This document shows positions 1 to 11,192 of a stretch of DNA of 64,000 bases, in pieces. Every line of letters starts with the position of its first letter. Within the stretch, counting starts at the first letter, position 1. The DNA is from Felis catus (taxonomy: Eukaryota). Location: NCBI RefSeq assembly GCF_018350175.1, contig NC_058368.1, forward strand, positions 176,516,001-176,580,000, in the 5' to 3' direction. A program made the position numbers and the translations under genes. Under the pieces are notes generated by a model. It did not search any database and was not told where the DNA came from. It was given only the letters and a program-made list of their open reading frames with translations.

Positions 1-102
1 CCATCCATCCCGGTTTGCCTGGGATGTCCCAGTTTTAGCACCAAGAGGGCATATCTGAGACACCCTTCAGACCCAGGTAAACTGGGACCGTTGGTCAGCC
101 AA
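1..102. mobile_element. MER81-like hAT MITE, clipped by the window start
   Basis: ccatcccggtttgcctggga...ggtaaactgggaccgttggtca inverted termini resemble the MER81 consensus. Confidence 0.65.
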
Positions 103-1149
103 GATCCATTTTAACCCCTTTACGTTCCAGAAGTGAAATTAGTAAGAACTGAACGACATGCATCATCTTCCAGACTGTCGACAATCATCCCGTGCACTCG
201 GTACTATCGTCTCCGTATTACACACTAGGAAACTGAGGCACAGAGAGGTGGAGCAACTTAACCTATTGCAGGACAGCGAGCTAGCTGCGTAGTGGAGCCA
301 GGATTTAAATTCTGCTGTTTTGGGGCCAGAGGCCCCCATTATGTTGCCCAGAAATAGGATGGCTTTGGACGGAAGAAAATCCGGGCTCACCCATTTTTCA
401 GCCAGACCCTTAACTTGAGATAAGTAATACCTATTTGGCCAGGTGGTCATGAGGGTTAGATGACAAAGTGTCATTGCACAAGGCCTGGCACTAGAAGGTA
501 CTCAGGAAGTACTGGCTTCATTTTCCCCTGGTGTCCCTTTTGAGATGGCAAGACCTGGCTGTGTAAATCTGCTGGTCTAAGTTGTCCTGAGGCCAACCCC
601 TTGCAGTCCAAACAGTATGGTGCCTGGTCACCAGAGGCCCCCAGGTTGCTGCCCTCTGGGGCTCCCTTGCCAGGCAGCGAGAGAAGCAACGCAGGGTAGC
701 GAAGGAGAACCGGAGCCTGGGAGCCCCCAGCCCCGCTTCACCTTGGCCTCCTTGTGTCCCTCCGGCCTCCGCTTTCCTCAGCTGGGGAATGGGCGAGTAA
801 GCCCACCCTCACAGGGGTGGGGTGGGGTTCGGGGAGATCGGGGTGGGGGGGGACCTACCGTCTCCCCCCTCACCCAGGCCCCCCTCCAGATCACCCCTCC
901 CCAGGCCCGCCCAGAGCCCGAGCACCCCGAGAGGGCAGCGGCCGGGACACAGGGAGGGGGCGCGGGAGTTGCGGACGTGCGTGAGGCCGGCTGCCTGGCA
1001 CGAATGGAATGCGCTGGCCCTGCCGAGAAGCTGTTCCTTCCGCAGGCCTCACGTCAGCGCCCAGCAGGAAGGGCCGGGCTGCCTCTCATTCCCAGCCATC
1101 CTCCTGGCTGGGGAAGTGGCTGAACAATAGGGCCTCCAGAGGGACCGTG

Positions 1150-1292
1150 CCTGTGCGTGTGCGTGTGTGTGTGTGTGTGTGGCCTGTGTATGTGGTGGAG
1201 TGTGTGTGGGGGGGGGATGTCTGAGTGTGTAGGGGGGTGGGACATGTATGTGTGGGGTGTGTGTGTGTGTGTGTGTGCGTGCGTGTGTGTGT
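1150..1292. repeat. Degenerate (GT)n/GG microsatellite
   Basis: Directly visible. Confidence 0.9.
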
Positions 1293-1699
1293 CAGGGAGA
1301 ACAGGGAGAGGCCCTCTCGCTGGTTTTACTAGGGTGCCAGGCCTACGACCACATTTTCTCATTTAGCACCTAGAGCCACCCTGAAGAGAGCTCTAGAATC
1401 CTCACTGCACAGGAAACTGGTGCGGAGGGGGCCGCCGGAAGCCAAGCGGCTGTGTGCGCTGCTTAGGGAAGGCCCTGCTGGCTTCTGCCATCTTCCAGCA
1501 GTGCTTTTGGACTGAGGCTGGGGCAGGGGAGAGTCTGAAGAACCTTGCTGCGTGCCCTGGTTCTACAGTTCGTAGACAGTATGTGTGGACACGGCCTGGG
1601 TAAGAGAACTGAGTAAGAATAAGGCTGCGAGTCCACCAGCACCCCCATTTTACAGGTGGCCACCAGAGGCTCATAGTAATGTGCCTACTCAAACTGCGA

Positions 1700-2330
1700 G
1701 TACATATTTATTGTACCAAAAAGGATTGAAGCTCCTAAAGAGAAAGGAAGAATTGTAATTAGCCTTACCCTTTCCGTATGAAAGGTACCTGAGGGTAATG
1801 AAATGGTTGACGCAGGGAAGTTTCTATTTATAGATGTATACCTGCTTAAAAGTGTAGAAGGAATGATAGAATTAGAGACACAACATCTGTGAACCCCTGG
1901 TGGATGATTTGGGCAGCCGCAGCGGGACACATCGCAAAAAGGCGCCTCCTGATGGAAGGATGTGCGTCGCCCATGAGGTAGCCTTGCCCCAAACTCAAAT
2001 CAGAATCTGATCAAGCCCCTAGATTGGAGCAAATTACAGAAACTACAGGGGACAGAGGAACATGTTAAATGGTACCGTAGGGATGTGGTCAGCCAACTTA
2101 GATGCTAAAAAATATAGATGGAAAGCTGGTTTCTTCTACAAATAAATTTCAAGAAGAAACAATAAAAAGGTACGTAAATGAATAAACGGGGGAATCGAAA
2201 GGGGGAGATTTGGAGACACATCAAACAATTACCAGGTGTAGACCTTATTTAGGATTCTGATCGAAACAAACAGAAAAAACTCCAATAGATGGAAACCATT
2301 CATGAAATAAGAAATTTCAATGTATCCCTA
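1700..2330 (+). mobile_element. Ancient L1 (L1MC/ME-type) 3' fragment
   Basis: aatctgatcaagcccctagat...ggacagaggaacatgttaaat...ttcttctacaaataaattt motifs typical of old L1M 3' ends. Confidence 0.55.
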
Positions 2331-2527
2331 AGAATAACCTGGGTAGGGGCTCGTGATCTACTTTGAACAATGCTCCTAAGATGGGATTCTTGGGATCAGG
2401 CAGCTTTAAGACTCCCGACTTCTTCTTCGAGTGAAATGAGAACTGTCCCAGGACACTGATACTTCCCCGCCTCCTCCCCCTGGAGGATGTATTCTCTATC
2501 TGTCCTCTGCCCTCAGGGTCATCTTTT

Positions 2528-2734
2528 CGTTTTTTGTTTTTTTTAAGTTTATTTATTTTGAGAGAGAGAGAACAGGTAGGGTAGGGGCAGAGAGAGAGGG
2601 GAGAGAGAATTCTAAGCAGGCTCCACAGTCAGTGCAGAGCCCGATATAGGGCTCAAACTCCCAAACTGTGAGATCATGACCTGAGCTGAAATCAAGAGTC
2701 GGACACTTAACGGATTGAGCTACCCAAGCGCCCC
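2528..2734 (-). mobile_element. CAN-SINE
   Basis: T-rich tail, (GA)n tract and reverse-complemented tRNA head. TSD agggtcatctttt on both sides. Confidence 0.92.
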
Positions 2735-5700
2735 AGGGTCATCTTTTTTTAGTGCATGCATCTTGTAGGTAGCCAGGATCTGCTTTTTTCGTCTGTCCAG
2801 AACCCAGTGTTTAAAATTAGACCCCTTGAGCCAGGGGCTCCTATGATCCTGCTCCCTGGGAAACAGTGTCAACAACAAGGTCCAGTTGCTGGGATGTAGA
2901 GCATGTGTCCAAATCTGGCGTGGCCCTGTATAGGGCCTGGATGGGGACTGATGTCCCACCCCTCTGAGGACAGCCCAGCTGAAATCCAGCAGGGGCCCTC
3001 AGGCCAGGATCATAGTGGTGGGTGCTGGAATGTGAGCTCTATGCTCTCTTCTCTGGATGGTCTTTCCATTTTAAAGATGGGGGTAATGGAGTTGCCAGGA
3101 GCCTTGCCCAAGGTCAAACAGCAAGTTTATTATTGTTATTAATTCATACGTATTGGTTTAAAAACCTTCTTATTTAAAATGGTTTGCTTTCATTATAACA
3201 GGTTAGGTCATGTCCGTGGCAGAAGATTAAGAAGTACCCAAGAATCTGATCTGTGATAAGTGACTTCTTTCCACACCTAACCTTAGTCTCTTGTTGGAGG
3301 AGCTGGTATTATCAGTTTCTCATGGGTCCTTCCAGAGATGGTCTGGCCAGCACTTCCCAGCTGGGTTCCATGAGAGAGCTAGGTCTTAATGCCCCTCGGG
3401 ATCATTGTGTATAAAGAAATAGCCTTTCTCCTCTGTATCTTGTGTGGCACCAGTTATGAAACATCCATGAGTGAACTGAGAATTTGTCTCATGTCATTTT
3501 CCATGTTCTGGGTCAGATCCTGATCCCCAGCTGGTCAATTCAACCAAGTGTCCCATACCTTTCTTTCCCCTGTACTTTATCTTGGAGATGGATATTGTTC
3601 CCATACGGGGAGCCACACCTCTTGGTTCCAGCTGTGGGGTACCCCACCACGGAGATATATGCAATTCATTAATCTGCCTCCTCTGGTGGGCATGTGGCTT
3701 GTTGCTTTGGTTTCTCTCCATGATGCTTTGCGTATACTCTCGTGCACCTAAGTGAGGGCGTCTGAGATAAATTCCTGGAGGAACAGGACCTTGCTGATTT
3801 ATATCAGACCTGGTCCTAGTGCCCAGGCTTCTGGGACAAGGATCAAAAGGTTTTGCAGCCCAGTCTGGGAACCTGGCCTGGTTTTGCAGTCTGGAAATTA
3901 AAGGAGGGCAACAAGAATTCCAGATATTCAGGGAAGGGAAGGAACAGTTGTTGTGGGCCCACTACATGTTAGGCGTTTCCATGTTGGCTTTGCTAATTTT
4001 CACGGCAGTCCTGTGAGGAGGTACGTATTCCCGTTTTACTGCAGAAACTTAAAGAGGTTAAGTCACTTGCCCAGGGAGCACATCGTGGGTAAGTGGCAAA
4101 GCTGGGATTCGAATCCGAGTCTGAATCCAAAGCCTGTGCCCTTCCTGCTCTACCGTCTGATGGGCTGCGAGGGTTTTTAGAATGGCCAAGGGTCAGGCTG
4201 CCCACCTCCAGAGGGTATCATCGACACTGTAGTCTGTGTGCAGATGCCCATGCTCTGCTCTCAACCACAACAGAATCACTTCAACTTGATTGCTGCGTTT
4301 AAGAGCATGCAATGGCGAATCAGCTAATTCGTTAAAAATTTTTTTTCTCATGTGTTCATTAAGAAATCATTAGTAGGTACTGATATATCAAAGTTGAGAA
4401 AGAGGCGGTGTTCTGCCTTCCAGGGGCTCTTAGTCATTGTGATTTAGAGGTCCTTTGTGACGGAGGAGGAGGATTGGACTAACCCTGCTGGGCTGAGGAT
4501 CAGGGAAAGCATCTTAGAGAAGGAGGCAGTTGGCTGGGCCTTGAAGGATGAGTAGGAGTTTGCCAGGTGAAGAGGGGTGAAGGGGGAGTGAGTGTGGAGG
4601 ACGGGCATTTCAAGCAGAGGGACTAGCCAGCAGAAGAAACAAGGTGTGAAGGAAGCAGGCCTGCCCTGAACTGCAAGTGGTTCCTTACGACTTGGGTGCA
4701 AGGACTGTGAGAGAAGGGGGCGGGGGGAGGAGGTAGGGGGGGCCTTTGGAGGGGATGAAAACACACATATGTGTGTACAGTGGGCAAGGAAGGAACCCTG
4801 GAGTCCCCGGCGTGGGTTTAAACCTTGATCTTCACTGAATGACCTTGGACAAGCCCTCCCCAACTCTGGGCCTCTTGTCTGAACGTTGAGGGACAGGAAG
4901 TGTCGTGGTAACATTCAGTCCTTGGCTGAGATTGTGCATGCTGAGCCCTGAGCACACAGGTCACTCGGCTGTCCTTAGCAATGTGCATGTGCCTCGTTTG
5001 CCATGACCCTCCCTCTTGGGGTCAGGCCCAGCCAGTCAACCTGGGAACTCCCAGGGTGTGGATTGGGGCATGGTGGGGCAGGGGAAGGACAGGCTGGTTC
5101 AGCCAGTCTGGGAACTGGATGGGCTGGGCATGCAGACAGCTGGGAGACTCCTTCCCATCATCAGCCACCACACAGGGCTGTGGGCGTGGGGCAGGGGGCA
5201 GTGGGAGCCAGAAGGAAGCCAGGTATTGAGTACCTACTGGGAGCCAGGCCTGTGCCCAGCCCTCCATTCACACGGCCTCATTTAACTCTCCCTGAGGCAG
5301 GGACCTTATTCCCATTTCACAGATGAGGGAAACTGTGGCCCCAGTTTGCACAGATGAAAAGCAATTTTAATCCCGCAGCCACTACTCCAGAGTCTGGGCT
5401 CTTTCTGTTCTTTATCTATTCCTCACTGATTCCTTTACCTCCACTTCGGGCAGGGGTCAGAATTCACCGTCCTCCGTGGGTTTAGATGACTTCTAAGCTT
5501 GAGGCCAAGGTCGAACCTGGGGTATCTTCTGCAAAGCAGCCTCTTGCACTGGACTCTCTAGCAGTTTCCCATTTGGGGCCTTCACGCCTTTATATATGCT
5601 GTTCCCACTGCCTGGAATGCTGTGATTCCTCTTTATCTAGCCGGCAAATTCCGTTTTATCCATCAGAACCCACATGAGCCAGCACCTTCTCCTGGAAGCT

Positions 5701-6218
5701 GGCTATGACTGCCTTGGATAGAACCAATCCCTCCTCCCTCTGGACTGGTGCCCCTTGTAACCTCCTTCTCATGTGCCCCCATTACAGATGCTTGTGCTTT
5801 AACATGTGGGCTTGTCTGCTCCCCGGCTAAATGAGTGATAATCTAAGGGCAGAGACCGTTCTTCTTTCCCTCTGGACTCTCAGCCCTTAGTCCAGGCCCC
5901 AGTACACAGTAGGTGCTTAGGGAAGCCTGCATTTAATCGAGGTCTGTTTGATTTGTGAAACTAGATAGTGTTTGGTTGAGTCTGTACTGTGTGTGGCACT
6001 GTTCTAAATACTTCTCACAACAGCTTCCTGATGATAGGTTATTATCCCCACTTCACTGAAGAGGAAACTGAGGCCTAGAGAGGTTAAGTAACCAGCCGAA
6101 GGCCACACAGCTGGTAAGTGGTATAGCCAGGTCCTAACCTAAAGTACCTAGTCCTAACTTACATGTTGGTACTTCTCAAACCAGCTTGTGATGATTTGAA
6201 CTGGTACTTAGGTTAGCG

Positions 6219-6457
6219 TTTTTTTTTTTTTAATTTATTTTCATTTGTATTTATTTTTTATTTTTAAATGTTTGTTTTTATTTTTGAGAGCGAGAGACAG
6301 AGAGAGAGGGTGGGGCACAGGAAGAGGGGGAAAGATGATCCGCAGAGGGCTCTGCACTGACAGCAGCGAGCCCGATGTGGGGCTTGAACCCATGAACTGT
6401 GAGATCACAACCCCAGCCAAAGTCAGAAGCTCAACTGACTGAGCCACCCAGGTGCCC
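6219..6457 (-). mobile_element. CAN-SINE
   Basis: Poly-T tail and head ending ...gagccacccaggtgccc. Confidence 0.9.
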
Positions 6458-6705
6458 TCCTTCCCCCCTTTTTTAAACGACTGAGTATGTATTTGAATGG
6501 GCATTAGAAAAAAAATAACTAGTGTATCAAATTCATGTGTTACTGGTAACTTTTTTTCTTATAATTTCACTATTCACCTTTAGTCTTCAGATAATATTCA
6601 CTTATTCATTTAAAAATCTTTAATAGTTGTATGTTTATGTTAATGCGTATTAGGGAGAAAGTCATATATCAGATTCATGACCTTTGGCTGTGATATAATT
6701 TCTTT

Positions 6706-6935
6706 TTTTTTTTTTTTTAATTTTTTTTTCCAACGTTTTTATTTATTTTTGGGACAGAGAGAGACAGAGCATGAATGGGGGAGGGGCAGAGAGAGAGGGA
6801 GACACAGAATCGGAAACAGGCTCCAGGCTCTGAGCCATCAGCCCAGAGCCTGACGCGGGGCTCGAACTCACGGACCGCGAGATCGTGACCTGGCTGAAGT
6901 CGGACGCTTAACCGGCTGCGCCACCCAGGCGCCCC
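6706..6935 (-). mobile_element. Young felid SINE (SINEC_Fc-type)
   Basis: CpG-intact body. Perfect TSD ATATAATTTCTTT at 6693-6705 and 6936-6948. Confidence 0.95.
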
Positions 6936-6989
6936 ATATAATTTCTTTATAAAAATATGTTTTTTAAATCAAAGTAGCAATTGATTAAA

Positions 6990-7197
6990 AACATTTTTTA
7001 TGTTTATTCATTTTTGAAAGAGAGAGACAGAGCACAAGCAGGGGTGGGGCGGAGAGAGAGGGGGACACAGACCCGAAGCAGGCTCTAGGCTCTGAGCTGT
7101 CAGCACAGATCCCCACGCGGGGCTCGAACTCACGAAACGCGAGATGGTGACCTGAGCGAAGTCGGACGCTCAACCGACTGAGCCACCCAGGCTCCCC
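6990..7197 (-). mobile_element. CAN-SINE
   Basis: Typical body. Near-perfect TSD aaagtagca(a/c)ttgatt. Confidence 0.92.
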
Positions 7198-8354
7198 AAA
7201 AGTAGCACTTGATTTAAATGACAATTTCAAATAAAAACAGTAAAGGTATGGACAAGTCCATTCCAGTGATCTAGAATGGGAGGGGATCTCTTGCCCATGA
7301 CCTTGTGGCCTCCTGGACACAGTGGAAAAGATGGAGGACAGAGGCAGGCAGACACTTTAGGCAGCTGTCCTGGCCTCAGCTTTCTCCATACCTACCACCT
7401 GTCCATTCCCCTTATCTTCCCCAACAGCCAGAGTGACCTTTGAAAAATGTAAGCCCCATCCTCTTCCTCTCTTGTGAACCCTCCGGTGGCTTCCAGTTGC
7501 CTTTAAGGAAAGAAAACTCTTCTCCGAGGCTGAGAAGGCCCTACGTAACCCAGCCTGCTCCAACCTATTTTCTCTCCTTACTCACTGGCTGTTAGGTGGA
7601 GACCATGTTGGCTTCATTACTAGTCCCGCCTCGGGGTCTTTGCACATGCTATTTACTCGGCTCAAACCATTCTTTTTCCAGATCTTCACCCAGATGGCTC
7701 TCTCTCAGCTCCCTCCCTAGAGAAGCCACTCTCCCCACCCTCTACAACTAAAAGTGGCTCTTGGAACTGCTCACAGTCAGTTCACACTGGTTCGTTAATC
7801 TCAACCGCACCCTCTGCTACCACGTAGATTTTTTTCTTTCCTTTTTCAAAAGCACGTGTAATTTTCATTCCATTTTAGCAAGAACTCTGTCTGGTCGCTG
7901 CTGTGTCCCCGGAATAGTGTCTGGCGCATAGTAGGTGCTCAGTAAATATTTGTTGGGCATACGCATGTGGACTGGTGGCTGAAAGGGCCGGGGAACGGTT
8001 TTAATTAAGTTCATGCGTCCACAAGCGGGAGGCGAGCTTCTCCAAAAACAGCTGAGAGGTTTGAGGTTCTCCAGCTGAACAGTTCAGGCAGCTGAAACCG
8101 AAAATGCAGATGGAATTAGTCACCCTCGGAGCCTGGTAACGCGGGCACCAAATGCACTCCCCATCCAAACACATCACAACACTGCGGGCCCTTGCGTCGC
8201 CAGGGCCCCCGGTGGCAGCTCTGGCATCTGGGAGCTGGCAGCAGCTGAACACAGCTGAGTATGGGCACGGGGTGGGGGGTCGGGGTGGGAGCTGAGTGTA
8301 TGGAACGAGGTAGGCTGAGGGCCACAAACAGCCTTGCCCGGCCTAGGGACAGGC

Positions 8355-8642
8355 AGTGGCGGTGGCGGGGGTAGGGGGTGGGGAGGTGGAGGGGGGGGTT
8401 GGGGGTGGGGGGTGGGGAGGTGGAGGGGAGGAGTGGAGGGGGGTGGGGGGTGGGGAGGTGGAGGGGAGGAGTGGAGGGGGGAGTGGAGGGGGGTGGGGGG
8501 GGGGTGGGGAGGTGGAGGGGGGGAGTGGAGGGTGGAGTGGAGGGGGGTGGGGGGTGGGGAGGTGGAGGGGAGGAGTGGAGGGGGGGTGGGTGCGGGGGGG
8601 GGGAGTGGAGGGGGGAGTGGGGGCAGGGGGGGATGGGGGGGC
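8355..8642 (+). repeat. G-rich minisatellite-like tract (GGGGGTGGGGAGGTGGAGGGG..GAGTGGA units)
   Basis: Directly visible imperfect tandem units of G runs. Confidence 0.9.
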
Positions 8643-8789
8643 TTCTGAGCCCAAACCTTGAGAAAAGTTGCCTTGAAGAATGAGTTCAAGGCTGTTAAAA
8701 ATGAAAAATTCTGCTCATAAACTGAAGCAGACCACTTGGTTGTGAAATCTGTTTCCATGACACTTTGCGTGCTTGAAAGGGGAAATTTT

Positions 8790-9340
8790 CTTTGTTTTTT
8801 GTTTTATAACGGCTTTATTGAAACATGATCCTCATGCCACATACCTCACCCATTTAAAATGTACGGTTCAGGTGGTCTTGGGCATGTCCACAGCTTTGTA
8901 GCGACCACCACAATCAGCTTGGGAACATTTCCATCCCCCCCAAAATAACCCCCCTCCCCATTAGCAGTCCTTCCCCATTCCTCCCTCCCCACCCACACGA
9001 GGTCACCACAAATGTGCTTTCTGCTTCTATAGATTTCTCTCTTCAGGACATAACATAAATGGAATCGTCTTTGGTGACTGGCTTTTTTCACGTGGCATAT
9101 TTTCCAGGTTCATCCGTGTGGTAATGATATAACAGTACTTCACCGATGGCCAAAGAATCTTCCGGCGTATGGATAGATCACATTATGCGCACTCTGTGTG
9201 TTCATTCATTGTTTACGGACACTTGGGCTGCTTCCGTTTTGGAGTATCCTGAATAATGCTGCTGTGAACATTCAACAGGTTTCATGTGGACGTATGTCTT
9301 CATTTCCCTTGGGTATATATCCAGGAGTGGAATCTACTTT
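8790..9340 (-). mobile_element. L1MB-like 3' end fragment
   Basis: ggctttattga...cacccatttaaaatgtac...aataatgctgctgtgaacatt...caggagtggaat are antisense L1 3' motifs. Confidence 0.75.
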
Positions 9341-9959
9341 CTTCTAAAAGGAAGAAAAAAAAAATCCCTCATGTCAAAATATGTATAGCATGGAGTAGGT
9401 TTAAAATGTCACTTGTAACTCTGACAGAACGAATGAATCTCCTGAGTGTGGGGACTGCAGCTGTACCTGGCACATACAGAAGAGCAGTGAATATTTTTGA
9501 AAGAATGCTCAACATATTACTCATTCCGATGCTCCCAGTGAAAAGGCCAGGCTGTGGAAATGTGATAAAAATCGGCCTTCATCCATTCCTTTATTCAGTA
9601 AATATCATAGCACATAGTAGTTCATTAAATGCTGCTTGAGTTTCATCGGCTATTTAGTTTCTTGGACAAAGATGGAGAAGCCCCAGTCTCTGGGTGAGGC
9701 ACTCAGTCTAGAAGGGAAAACAGACAAGTAATCCCAGCACCATGGCACCGGAAGGGAAACAGGTCTCTTGTCTGTCCAAGACACTTTCCCTCCATTCCTG
9801 GCGTGAGAGGCGCCTTGTCCCCAGGGCAGAAACAGCCGTGGGAAGAGAAGGCTCTGTCTTCAGGACCTTAGTTTGCCTTGAAGGCCTCGTCCCTGGGGTG
9901 CCCCTAGTCCTGCCTTTTTGTTTGATATCGAGGACCTATCTTACTGTTCTATGGAGTCA

Positions 9960-9974
9960 AGAACATCTTGTTCT
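9960..9974. promoter_or_regulatory. Perfect palindromic steroid response element (GRE/ARE/PRE/MRE), AGAACAtctTGTTCT
   Basis: Exact 12/12 match to AGAACAnnnTGTTCT. Function not shown. Confidence 0.6.
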
Positions 9975-10559
9975 TATTGTTGACCTGCTTCTGCTGTACT
10001 CCTGAGAACAGCCAGCTGTGCTGGGCACCTTGGGTTCAGAAATGAACAAGGACAGTTTCTGTCCACCTCGACCTCCTGTGTCCTGCCTGTCTCCTGGCAA
10101 GACACAGAGTCCACAAGCAACCCAGAGGGATAAGGACTCAGAGGGGGACCCTGGTGGTGAAAGTGCCCTTGGGGTTCTTGTCAGAGAAGACACACCCTGT
10201 GCGATTCACAAACTTCTCGGACACATTCTGACATCAGTTTCTGGTGTACTTTTTGTTCCCGGGTGTATTTTTATTTTTAGAGAAGATATTCACTTGTTCA
10301 TTCATAAACATTTATTGAATACCTATTATGTGCCAGGTCTTCAGAGGGACACAGATACAACTTTCCCTTGGTGCTTGAGTGTCTCTTGATCCAGCAAGAG
10401 AGAAGGACAAGTACATTACAGAGAACCCTGAGTATGTGCTGTGGTGGGAGACTGCTCAGGAGAGAGAATATTGCTATTCTACCTCACCTATAATTTTCTC
10501 ATCTAGAATATATAAACACACACATATTTATCTTACATATTAGTCACATATATTGTTTT

Positions 10560-11192
10560 TATTGTGTTTTTTTAAAAATGTTTTTATTTATTTTTTGAGA
10601 CAGAGAGAGACAGAGCATGAGCGGGGTAGGGGCAGAGAGAGAGGGAGACACAGAATCCCAAGCAGGCTCCAGGTCCTGAGCTGTCAGCACAGAGCCCGAC
10701 GCGGGGTTCGAACTCATTGACTGTGAGATCATGACCTGAGCTGAAGTCGGACGCTTAACCGACTGAGCCACCCAGGTGCCCGTGTTTCTATTGTTTTTTT
10801 TTCTTTTCAAGTTTTTATTTATTTTTGAGAGAGAGAGCACAGGGGAGGGACAGAGAGAGAATTCCTGCACTGATGGTGCAGAGCCCAATGCAAGGCTCAA
10901 ACTCACAAACCCTGAGATCATGACCTGAGTCCAAACCAAGAGTCAGACGCTTTACCAACTGAGCCACCCAGGCACCCCTGGGTTTTTTTTTTTTTAAGTT
11001 TATGTATTTGGAGGGACAGAGAGAGGGCACAAGCGAGTAGGGGAGGGGCAGAGAGAGGGAGAGAGAATCCCAAGCAGGCTCTGCCCTGTCAGTACAGAGC
11101 ACAACATGGGGCTTGAACCCACGAACCGTGAGATCATGACCTGAGACGAAATCAAGAGTCGGATGCTTAACCGACTGAGCCACCCAGGTGCC
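10560..11192 (-). mobile_element. Three tandem CAN-SINEs (~10560-10782, ~10790-10978, ~10981-11192)
   Basis: Three consecutive tail-(GA)n-head units in the same orientation. Confidence 0.92.

Noticed and set aside
8174..8758. Pro-rich and Gly-rich ORFs
   Set aside because: Translations of the G-rich repeat.
10560..11192. Repeated units resembling an array or tRNA genes
   Set aside because: Tandem tRNA-derived SINEs; not CRISPR repeats or functional tRNAs.
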